Below, piece by piece: positions 36,597-48,189 of a DNA stretch of 64,000 bases. The first letter of the stretch is position 1; each line of letters begins with the position of its first letter. This stretch comes from Fimbriosthenelais zetlandica. Taxonomy: Eukaryota. Made by a program: the position numbers and the translations under genes. The notes under the pieces are model-generated. The model ran no database searches. It was not told the origin of the DNA and was given only the letters and a program-made list of their open reading frames with translations. The DNA lies in assembly GCA_977030845.1 (NCBI GenBank), contig OZ365110.1, positions 17,732,001 to 17,796,000 of the forward strand, in the 5' to 3' direction.

Positions 36597-38490
36597 AAAA
36601 TCATAAAGACTCCAGACAATTTGGCAGGGCAACAGTGGCGCCATCAACTGGAGCCACTTTGTTTATCGTAACACTAGGCAATCTCACCTTGGGCCCATCC
36701 TTCCATGCAGGGAGTATTTTGACCAAATTCACAACTGCTCTCCAACCGTAAAACGCAAAACTTAAAGGCAAATAATTTCAGACCCTGAATTGTAGAAGCT
36801 TTTAATATTATAGTGATGCAAAATTCCCTATGTATTTCGAGAATCTTCTTGATCATTTAATTGTATAACCAAGTAGTGCGGGATGTAATTCATCACTTAT
36901 GATGAGTGGAACTATACTGCAACTATTTCATGTATAAATAGTACTATACTTCACCTGTCTCATGGATATTAATACGTCCTTCCTTCAACCAGTGATATAT
37001 TGTGACATCCTTGGTCTCTTGTCCATGAATCAACACAATCATCATGCCTTCAGCGCCAATGCATCATCTTAATTACTTTATACAGCGAGAAGATGAATAC
37101 GGAAAACGGACATTTCTGCTGTTATATATTGGGGTTAGCTACATGAAAAATTGTTGTCGTTTGGATTCATTTACTATCTCGTGTTCATAATAAAAGTTAT
37201 ATCACCTGATGGGACATACATCAAATTGTGAATGCACAGGCTAAAGATGTTTTTCAAGAAAATACTTGTCCTTTCTGCAAGGGGAAATGTAAAATATCCT
37301 GTTTATTAAAGATGCAGGAAAGGCATCCAACAATAAAAAAGGGTCCCCGATTACTGGAGACAAATGTCTGGAACGTTAGTCCTTACACCTTTGAATAATT
37401 CATTTCGTTTTATCGCCCTTATGTCCTCTAATGGCATCACGACGTTATCTATTATGAGTTTCCATGGCAACGTTGTTAATTATTCACTCATTTACACCAT
37501 GCCAGTTTATTTCTTACTGGATATTACAGTTAGTACTCCGCTTCCAGAATCAAATGGGCAGGAAGAAGCTCGAAAAGAAAAGATCATGATAAAAATGATC
37601 CCTCGGTTTTATGAAGGATCACTTAGTAATTTTTTTAGGTTGTATTTATTTATACTTGTGAAATTCAGCCCGAGAAGTTTTGATCTATTGTTGCATTTCA
37701 TACTGTTTCATATGTCATTTTTTCATTTATATTTGAATTATTGTTGCAATAGTGATTAAAATGGTGATTATTTTGCATTTGTTGAATTCTTCAGAACAAG
37801 ATGTATAGAAATGAACCATGTGTCTTTATTCATAAGGAGCATAGAATATGTTGTAAAATTATAATGTTACTAAGTATATTATTTCGACATATGTGGTCAA
37901 CAATTGAATGCGATCGAAAATGAGGGAATATATAATATTTTGTTATAGATTTTCTACAGACGAAAGTGAGCAGCATTGACAATGCGGAAGTTGGTTTCTA
38001 AATGATAGTATAATAAAAACCACAAAAAAACAGGGACCAAATCTACATTTAATGCGGCAATAACACTGAACAGTTCCATTAAATTAATCTCACATAATTT
38101 TCAAATTATCCATGGGTACTGATATTTCGTTATAACTAACATATACACATTTATATAGTTCAAAATGACATTATAGTTAGTAAAAAGTAGGACACTCTTG
38201 GAATATTTATACATCAAAGAATGGCTCCAGAAATATAGTAGACATTTTCATGAAAATATTATTTCCAATGCAGATAAGATAAATATCGTGTAAACGTCAA
38301 AAATGTATGTTGTCTGAGAAAATAATCTTACAGTTCATAAAGGCCCACTTCAGTGAGTAGTAACACAGCTGGCCATTTTGGTTGTCAGGTGTTGTTTCGT
38401 CTTTTCTCCCTTGCCAGGCCTGCACTCTTTAACAAATTTACAGTCTCTGGCAAGTAGGCTCAAGCTAGTTAAATCTACAAATAAATATGA

Positions 38491-39534
38491 TTATACTTCA
38501 TAGACATTTCCTGCCATTTCTTTGCTCCAAACATGTTCTTCTTCTACCTCATGAACAGTCCCCAGTTGTATACTCGGTGAGAGAGATACCTGGGGCGAAA
38601 GTGACATGTGCTGTGTTAGAGCTACTTTACACTTCTCATCACTGTCTATATACAAGACAGTATCATTAGCTACACATGCGAGTCCCGTTGTATTTCCACT
38701 GTTATTTGCTTCTCCACTAGGCGCCTGCATTTCACAAACTAGAAGTGGCTTTAAACTGACAGTTCTTCGAATTCCACCGCTTTCACTTGCCACAGGGGGA
38801 GGGAAGGAAGTCGTCACAATCTGTTCATGAGATTCCACTTCAGCATTGACGTCACTACTGTCAGGGAAAACGTCATCAATTTCAGCACTTCCTGCTGTCG
38901 TCACAGATTCGCGTCGACTACAAGCTAATCCAAGCCGAGGGCTGACAGGTGCAGTTTTTCCCGGAGGCGGTCTTCCTAATAGTGGGACCCTTGGCGACGA
39001 GTTTTCTGTTGGGTTTGATGTCAGTGACCCTGATGAAGCAGTGTTGAATAAATCACTTCCGGGTGGTGGTTCAGCTGGAGTTGTATCCCAAGTAAAAGCT
39101 GATTCTGTCAAGGTCATTGCTGGGGCTGACATTGGTATCGCCTCGGGGATATGGAAACCTCTTGAATTGGCTGCTAAGGCCCTTGAGGCCCTTCTTGAAC
39201 CGCCAGCTGCTGACATGGCCAGCCGAGTCTGATATTTTTGCTGTCTCCTCTCCATTCTCCTCACTTTGTCCATGTCCTTCATATATTTACCTACTCCATT
39301 GTCATTTTTATTGCGTTTGATCAGTGAACCAATCATAAGAATGATAGAAAATCCATAGATGAAAACCACAACCACAACATAGTACAACGCTCCCTGGTCA
39401 TCGTACGGTTTCTCTGCCTGCAAAACGCTGCCATTCGATTGGGCAACCAGGGTTGCCAGAAATGTGTCATTGTCCAATTGCTCAATTTGAAATTTTACCA
39501 ATGTCCGAGAACGACCATCCACATTCTTCCCCAT
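38491..39534 (-). CDS. Single-pass membrane protein (347 aa), KCNE/MinK-like juxtamembrane signature, long disordered cytoplasmic tail
   Basis: Uninterrupted 347-codon ORF preceded by a splice acceptor (tttgcag, exon start 39571), so a 5'UTR exon lies upstream. No signal peptide. N-G-S sequon precedes one TM helix ALYYVVVVVFIYGFSIILMIGSLI, followed by basic KRNK and a charged helix. Ser/Pro-rich tail ends NVYEV. Confidence 0.8.
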   Translation of the reverse strand: MGKNVDGRSRTLVKFQIEQLDNDTFLATLVAQSNGSVLQAEKPYDDQGALYYVVVVVFIYGFSIILMIGSLIKRNKNDNGVGKYMKDMDKVRRMERRQQKYQTRLAMSAAGGSRRASRALAANSRGFHIPEAIPMSAPAMTLTESAFTWDTTPAEPPPGSDLFNTASSGSLTSNPTENSSPRVPLLGRPPPGKTAPVSPRLGLACSRRESVTTAGSAEIDDVFPDSSDVNAEVESHEQIVTTSFPPPVASESGGIRRTVSLKPLLVCEMQAPSGEANNSGNTTGLACVANDTVLYIDSDEKCKVALTQHMSLSPQVSLSPSIQLGTVHEVEEEHVWSKEMAGNVYEV

Positions 39535-40022
39535 TCTGAAGGTCGGTTGAAGTCACAGTTGAATATGATTACTGCAAATACAAAAGAAAAGACAGATGTT
39601 GGCGCTGAAACTAAAGTTGTCACATGAAAATCTTATCATCAGATTCTGCTCAATGTCAAATCAACCAAAACAGGTATAATTATGTGAATTGTAGGCTGCA
39701 TAGGGCCTATTGCATAATCCTATTTCCTCAAACATTTTAACTATATTAGAAGTAGCTGGATCATCCCCATTTATATAATTAATATAGCAATGTTCTAAAA
39801 GGCGATGTATGCAATCAGCCATCTGGGGAAAGGGCTGGATTATTCAATTACTCAATTGCATTCTTTTGTACAAATGGCTGATTATTTAAAATGAACATTC
39901 AAATTAATATTCAACTTTATCAAAGCCATATGAACAGATATTCTGCATGTATTTTCCTCATGGAATAACGAGTACATCCTAGGCAGTTCTTTTTTGATAT
40001 ACACAGCCGGAATGCCCATTAA

Positions 40023-40908
40023 CCCTTTAATGCCGGGGAATGCATATTTGCATCACCGCAAACGTACGGGGAATGCAAATTTGCATTAAAGCCGTATTGT
40101 AGCCATTTTTTCCAAGATAGAGAAAGGAATTCGCTACATTTTGGTGAAAAAATCTTTTTGAAATTCCCAGTAGAAGTGAAGATTCGGCCTTTGAAAGTGG
40201 GCAAGTCGGAAATTTTCAAGAACCTGTGATTTTGCTGAGCATGGCAATTTCACGAGAAAAAATAGTCTAAATCCAATTACCCCCTTATTTGAGAAATATG
40301 TATAAAGCAGTAATTCTTTGATTATTTTCTTAGTTTTCATCCGATTTTCACAAAGTAAATTTTATTTATGAGCTAGGATCACGCTCTATAAATTTCTATT
40401 CCTTGATTGTAGACTACACATAGACCTGTTACCATGGAAACAGTAAAATTGAGGGATATTTTATTTTTTCCAGAAAACTGGTTGCCATGGAAACCGAAAA
40501 TGCATAATTAAAAGTTGGATTTTTTGCCAAAATCATAGTTTCATTGTATTAAGGACAAAAAGTTATGAAAAGTGTATTTTTAACATTTTTTTAAATTTCT
40601 AAATTATTTTTAGCATTTTTTTGCCAAAATATTGAAGTAATAAGGTCCAAAATTTCATCAGATTTTTGGAAATTCTTCCATATTCTAACCGTCATAACAT
40701 TTTCTATATGTTAGACACTACTATAATGCTTACATGGTTGGATGCAGTGGAAAAAGTAGAAAACGGAGATACCCAAATTTTGAATAAAATATAAACTGTA
40801 CTCTTCATCTGAGGTGTCAAATAATGATCAAAATGGCCATTTTAAGGGCTAGCTCAGGGCCCTCGTACTACTGGCACTGTCGCTTCCATAGGGCTCGGCA
40901 TTAAAGGG
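40023..40908. mobile_element. Non-autonomous piggyBac-like DNA transposon (886 bp)
   Basis: TTAA target sites at 40019-40022 and 40909-40912. Perfect 13-bp TIR CCCTTTAATGCCG / CGGCATTAAAGGG. No transposase ORF. Confidence 0.85.
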
Positions 40909-43900
40909 TTAACTTGACCAGTGGCTTTCTATGTGGTCTAACTGCTGAAGCTGCTTGATTGATTGGAGTTGAGTGGAGATTTGACATTGGTAGATCCATC
41001 CTGTTTTAGCAATTTGTGTTTTTACTCGGTGTTGACTAATGACGTCTGTTGCATCACCTCTTCATGCAGGTATAGACAGGATGTTTTCAATCTAGAATTC
41101 CCCATTTTTTCCCATAGGTGAAAATTATAAACCCTGATGTGAGAATTAGTAGTGAAGTTGAACAAAAGATGCTCATTAGTCTAGCGTTCCAATTTTTGTC
41201 AATTCTTTCCACGAGCCCTAGCTGTCAGTGAAGTTAATAAGCTTGTTAACTTGTCTCATTACTTGTTCTCTAATTGGCTTGCTCTCCCACCGCCAATTAA
41301 TCTAGGTGAGCCTGACTATTGGAGACAAAATAACTGCATGGATTTAAAGGAAATTTCATTTGTTGTTATAACCTACGCAAATTCTGTTGAAATTTGTTTT
41401 GCCTTTTGTGAAGCCTTTCACTAAATGGCAAACCAGGAAACATGTTTATAACTGATCATACCCTATCAGTTGACAACGACACACCTGTTTTAAATTTTAT
41501 ATTTAAAGGATTGGAGATTAATGACTTAAAAGGGGTAGGCCACTATATGCTGTGCTCTGGTTTCTTTCGATATTTTGAAGTTGTGTATCATTATATGCGT
41601 AGACAAGGGCTGCCCTGCATGAGGCACGATCGGTATACACGTACACATAATCATTAGTCCTATATGCGCATCAATATAGTTGAGGTTATCGTTCTGCAAT
41701 GACATGTTCCGGATTATGATAGTGATATGGAATGCTCAGTTCCTTGTAATAATACAATGGTAAATACCATATTGTCTAAGCCATCTGATTCCCTGCCATT
41801 ATCATCAACTATTGTAAGGCTTGTTGTCTGAGTGGTGATTGTTACTGTGTTATACTACATGAATAAAATATATAGTTCCATCGGACCATATTACTTCAGA
41901 TAAACAAATATGGAAACATGTCTTGCTTTTAATTATAGGCTAAAATATGTGTAGGCATATTTAAACAAAGAAGATAGAAATGTCTTCATTTCGTTTTTAG
42001 AAATTTACCTCTGCTAGAAAGCGTGGATTTCCAGAAACATTTAGAAGAAACTTAGATTTCCAGATTCGTTATGACACTCGACCATGTTACAGGAGACATG
42101 CAGTCAAATGGCACTGTCACCTAACTCTCCAAAGCTACTGAAATTGACATCTGTAAAGGCATTGCACACGGCAAATGCTGCAGGTGCTCCAAACATTTAT
42201 GAGCGCTAAGAAAGATACTATATTATTTTATTATTAGTGGAAGTCACAAGAGAGGTGCATTGAATAATTATAGTAAAGCTGAACCGGCATAACCAAAGGG
42301 GATTTACTTCCGGTTCGTTACATTTCCGGTTTCTGAAGAACTCTTTCCTTCCAGCCATTCTGGTTCCTTACAGACAAAATTTCCTCGAAAATGATCAATT
42401 AATTGCAATTTAAACAAATTTGAACGCTAATGCACTTCATTTCGTGAATTATTAATTTGTGGTCGAGTTTTCTGACAGGTTTCATTTTACCCTGATTCTG
42501 GCCCTTTTCTCAGTTTTCACTAATGTAATAGAACCACAAAAGATCCAGCAATGCGATCCCAAAGAAGATTTCCTTAAAAATCATGGACCATGGGGATCAA
42601 GAGAGAAAAAGGATTTCCCAATATTTACCATTCACCGGGAGGAATTTCTCCAGTTATTTGATTATGAACAGTTAGACCTATACATGTGGATTTTGTGGTT
42701 GGATGACTTCCAACAGTGGCACATGCCTGCATGAGGCTCTTTAAGAGAGAATTTAGCCGAGGGCTAATTTGAAAGCACTAACATTATGTAAAGCTTTCTT
42801 TGTAGCCTGGCATGAAAGCTGCCAGGCCCACGGGCATGGGGAAATAACCAATATGGGCCCATGGTCACCAAATTAAATTTGGTGCCCCTGGGCCTAGTAT
42901 ATGCAATATTGTAAGAGAGATATCACAAATATAATACGGGTATAAACCAGGTTCTTTTTGGCCGCCATTTTTGAGACAAACACACCATGAAGTGACATTT
43001 TCTATGCCTCTGATCAACTGACAAATCAGAGGTTCCGAATCCTTGCTCACTTTCTTTGCTCTGCGCCATGGTGGCCATTATTGAAAATATTGGTTAGTTC
43101 TGATTGGCTAATCCAGCATCATGACCAGAACATGGCGGCCTCTACAAAGCCCTCATTTTGGTGCGAATCATGCCTTTTGGAAATTGATTTCTCTCTACTG
43201 AGACATGATAGAGCTAGAATGAAATCAATAATCTAAGAATAGAACCATGCACCTATGAAAATAACTTGCTGGAGCTAATGCTAGAGCGTGGCATTTTATT
43301 TTAAGTCACCGACATAAGAACACTATGGAATTTTTTTTTACTATAAAAGATACTTCAGCTCATATACTTAGATGCCATACTTAGATATGCATGTCTCGAA
43401 AAATGTAAGAAACCATGTACATATACAAGGAGGGTTTCTGAATAAGGAAACGAAACAGGAGGAGTTCATTTGAGGTCGGAGGGCATGATTGGAAAGATTA
43501 TTAACTATCGTCCTCAATCCAGGAAATCCTTAGCGTAATTTCCTCGGTGGAAATGAATGAATGGTAAGCCTGCTTAATAATGGAGCGACGACCTGCCCCT
43601 TGTACATCAGGCTGCCGACCGGTAATTGGACGAAGAATTAAATAACAAGCAGAGGGCGGAATCAAATGCTTTAATCCAGAAGCTTTGGATATATTCTATC
43701 CACAGTGACTGTTGAAGCATTAATAATTAGAGACATGGATGGGAGAATCGACATGCAGAGGAATATTGTAATATTTTATTAATTTTGTTAGCACTTTTTG
43801 AAACGTAATATTTTGTAATAACAAATTAATTAGTTAATAACAATTATATGTCGGACTTCTCATAGTCGTATGGATTCATCGTTTCGGCTATTTGATTCCG

Positions 43901-46603
43901 CTTGACATTAAGGGAAAGTTGAAAGCGGGGACATAACCAATACCTGGGGTTAATGGTCTGAGACCCAAGCAACAAGATGCCCATTAATAACTGTTGGCTG
44001 ATTGACTTTGGTAGAAGCCACTGATTGGAATGTTATTGGAATCAGGGGAACACAAATGTCCTGGCAGATTGTTGACAGCTTGATTATCCTAAGCAATTAA
44101 GTGGGATAGGAATGGTCCACTGCTTATCAGTACCCGATTTGCCTGTACTATAGGCCTATGGTGCAAGAAGGTGGAGAAGCTTTGGTTTCAACTACCATTC
44201 CATACCATTTCTTAAAGCCTTTGGTGCAATTTGCGAAAAGCAGAGCTATGTTTAAAACAATTCCCATTAAGGATTGTAGATTAAAGCAGTTTGCAATTCA
44301 TTGCACAACCATTTTACATCATAAATAATATCTTAAATATCATAATAGTAAGTCTTAAAGAAATATAGTATATTTGAAAGAATTTGAACAGTTATCCACT
44401 CTTTAAGGATATATCAAGGCAGCAACGTCCACGACTGAGGCTTCTATTGCAGTCAACAGGTGTGGTCCACATATTCGTCTAGAACATATTGCCTGCTATA
44501 AGGTCAGGCTCAGTCACAGTGCTGCCTTTCAATTTTCTCATGTTACATTTCACGTGAGTATGTAATATTCGATTAACGGTATTGTTGCCATAGATATCAT
44601 AGTTCATTTAAAAGGTCTCGCCAATTTATAATTCGTGGACCAGACCATCAGAAACGGCAATATTAAATATTGGTTTGATATAAAAATAGATAACAATCGG
44701 TATGTACATGTATATTGGAAAATCTACGCTTGCAATTGCAACCAATGAATATAGTATAGCAATATGTCTATGATATGCAAAAACAATATCGGACTTGAAT
44801 TGTGCTAAAACAGTTCAACAACATGTGCTAAAACAGTTCAACAACATGCAAGGGGAAATGTAGAGACAATTCTTTTCAAGATAATTATATAAATCTATAC
44901 GAGAATTTCATTCTGTAATCTTTCAGAGTTTGTCCTCTGAACTACTTTTCAATTGTAGAATAATGTCACTCATTGATATTAGGTAGCCTGCGGAACAGCA
45001 CATTATCCAGAAGAATTAATCATTTCACTCTAACAAAGACAAAACACCTTCATGCCCTAGAGCAGATCCACCTTAATGAGTTGAATTAACCTTTAAAATG
45101 TCTCTGGCTCAAAGATATGAATCTGACTCCAGATCAAGAAAAGGTTGGCAAAAGGCATTCTCCCCTGATGGGCAAGAAAACATTATTTAAAAATGTCCCT
45201 GTAAAATGGCACGTAGGTAGATACAACCAAGATGACTCAATAATTATGCATTCTTTAGATACATTCAGCTATGGTGTAATTATAGTATATATCCCCATCA
45301 TAAATATATAGCCACGGAAGTAACAAGGCCAAAATGCACCAGAAATACATTTCTGCATCGTAAAATATTCATGTACTAGATTATAGAAGCTCCAACGATG
45401 GTTATGAAATATCACGAAATTAATAGCATGTAATTGGATGTTGGACCCAAAAGCTGGACACATACCTGGTATAGAATTCCAGACACATGTAGCTATGCAA
45501 TACGCCTTTAGCAGCCCACTCAGGAAAGGTCCTATAGTCCTCTGAAGCAACCAGGTAGGCTATGTATCATCGCCATTTTTCCTCTCTCAATATAAGTGCC
45601 CACAATTGCACCTCAACCATCCTGGAAATGACTTCATTGGGAAGCCTGCAAATGCTGTGAACATTCTTTCCTTACAAGAGCTGAAGGCTGCTACTACTGC
45701 ATCCCCACAAGAGGAGTCGGAGTATCTCTATGATTGCACATCATTGCTTTCAGCATGTATGCCCATGCAGTGTCTATCTGCTCAACATAAAATCCCTGTC
45801 CCTGGTAATGATGTAGGGTGGTTGGGGATATTTTCTAAGCCTGGATACCTGAGAGGCAAGCATGCTTGCTTGCTGGCGTGTTCCTCTCATAAGCAGTGCC
45901 GGAGCAATAGGGGTTCAGCTTATAACCAGTGTTGCTGGCAGCATGCATGCTGGCCAAAAAGAGAGGCCGGTTGCTGTCCTTTCCTTCCATGAGCTGCTCT
46001 CGCACAGATGGAAGTGCTGCTGTAAATGAGGAGTATAGTAAGTAGTGTCAGCCCACGTTCTAGCAGCGATTAAAACACCTGCTCTTCTGGGACAACCTGT
46101 ATGGGTCGAGTTAAGAGCTCTCCTCGGACTATCATCAATTTACATCTATAGTGATTATCCGCCAGAGTTCTTTAAATGACCATTGCTGCTCTAACAGGGC
46201 CAGAAAAACGTTATTTGCAATTTGTCTTTAAGTGAAGCTAACAACAGCTAGCAATATGGCTGGAGGACACAGCAACTTCGTCCAATTAGGTACCTCATAA
46301 AGAGGAAACACTGACACTTATTGAGCAATATTTTCTCATGCGTTCACATCGAATCATGCAGGGGACAGCATGGGTAATACTGTTGTGCCTTATATTAACT
46401 TAAGGAAAGAAGCCTAAAGCATACATTAATATTTAATTGTTATGTCTATAGATGTATATTGTTATGTCTTATTATTACATGGAATGCATTATTGCATGCA
46501 TGGACATGTGTCGGCACGATTTCCATATAGTTTATTTCCGTCCATACATATTTAACTAGAGCTATTATAGAAGGCATCTGAACCTCATGACCTCATAACA
46601 TAA

Positions 46604-46912
46604 GAGTCCGCCCCGTGTGTGGAAGGTCGCCGGTTCGAACCGCGGCCGGGTCATACCAAAGACTGAATGAAAAAATGGGACTAGTGGCTCCCTCGCTTGG
46701 CACTCAGCAAAAAGAGGAGTGTGCTAGGACTGGTCAACCCGGTGTCAGTATAATGTGACTGGGTGAGATATCATGTCATGTGCCTGCGACATGATACCTC
46801 AGTGAGGCAGCACTATAAAAGAGCATTGGGCTCACTGTCACAAGTAGGCACCGTCATGATATAACTGAAAAATTGTTGAAAGTGACGTTAAACCCCATTC
46901 AATCAATCAAAC
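46604..46912 (+). mobile_element. 5'-truncated tRNA-derived SINE with target-site duplication
   Basis: Pol III box B GGTTCGAACC at 46632-46641. Central ccgggtcataccaaagact...ctccctcgcttggcactcagc domain (recalled as Meta/MESC-like, unverified). LINE-like tail aaattgttgaaagtgacgttaaacccc + (TCAA)n. TSD AACATAA at 46597-46603 and 46913-46919. Confidence 0.85.
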
Positions 46913-48189
46913 AACATAATATAAGATCCCATTGTATGCACCTTGGTCCAATCTAATTATATCGCTCAAGCCAGAAGCTACCACCATCTCTAAATGATTT
47001 GTCCCTAAACCATGGCTAAAATATCTATGTTACATGTGGACTCATCGTAATTCATCGTGCTAATTGATGGTCCATGAAAGATGAAAGAGTTAAGACGATG
47101 ACAAGCCTAATTGAACATCAAAGCACAGTCTAATATCCCAAAACAGTACTCAGCACTATGACATTGTGTCGTCTGCATAGAGGTGTTATATTTATGACAG
47201 TAGCATAAATGGAGATATAATAGATGCTCATAAGTTTAGAGTTCTATGGAACTGAAGCACGGTTGTTAAACTGGAATGATTTTAAAGCGGTTTGAAAGGC
47301 CATTGAAATGCATTTATGACTTAAATAGCTAAATGTCCAAGGTTGACATTTGAACCTCCTCAGCTACATGATATTAAAGGTCCTTGCAAGTACTTTTTGG
47401 CTTTTTAAAATGTGATTGTAGTTGATGGTTTCTGATAAAGGTCTCTATATTGGACCAAAAATGATGCTCTAATAGGCCTACAGTTAATGTTATCACTAAA
47501 TCCTGTTTTCTCTGCAAGGAGCAAGGTTTGTCAATATCCTACTAGCAGGCAGCACTAGTCGAACCCGCATTATGCAGGTCTGATTCATGTATTGCTTCGA
47601 GTAATTCCTTCTAATAATGGAAACCTAGCAAGTCGTGAGTCGTGACGGAGCGATGGTTATTCCAGTGTTGTGAAACAGTTGAGGTATCCTCCTGATATCT
47701 TCCTTCATTTAATGTCCTAGCATATTTTCGGACTAGGCTTAGGCCATAATACATTGTACTTTGTTTAGGATCCAGTGACCACACCGTTCTATACTCTTGG
47801 AGTCAATACAGTGGAGTTTGGCTGGTTTGTTGTACTTCTGTCACCTCGATTATGTGGATATTTTGATGCATTGATATACAGCATACTATTGTATTCGAGA
47901 CCAAATTGTATCAAACAATTATGGAGAGTATGTGTGGCTTGGGGCACAAACAGGATAATTTGACTATGGGATTCTATGGGCCAATTATCATGGGCCTGTG
48001 TCATATATAAGATAGTACTAGCCACTTTCCTCGCTAAATATACAACAACTCTGGCACTTAGCCAACACCTTGACCTAAAAATTGATTTCCATGTGGGGAT
48101 TAAGGTTAATTGGGTGTATTTCAATTTCCTTTCTTATTGAGTATTATAATATTAACACTAAAATTTTCTTTTCAGATACAAATTTGAAA

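Noticed and set aside
38846-39232. 128-aa plus-strand ORF overlapping the single-pass protein gene
   Set aside because: Antisense shadow of the 347-aa minus-strand CDS; non-ATG start.
42459-42734. 91-aa ORF with a hydrophobic N-terminal stretch
   Set aside because: GTG start, no recognisable domain and no supporting exon chain; may be a TE remnant.
45606-45992. 128-aa Cys-rich ORF resembling a toxin or metallothionein
   Set aside because: Non-ATG start, no signal peptide, irregular Cys spacing; more consistent with GC-richer regulatory or UTR sequence.
46604-46650. tRNA gene suggested by GGTTCGAACC
   Set aside because: No box A or cloverleaf; it continues into a SINE body and tail with TSD.
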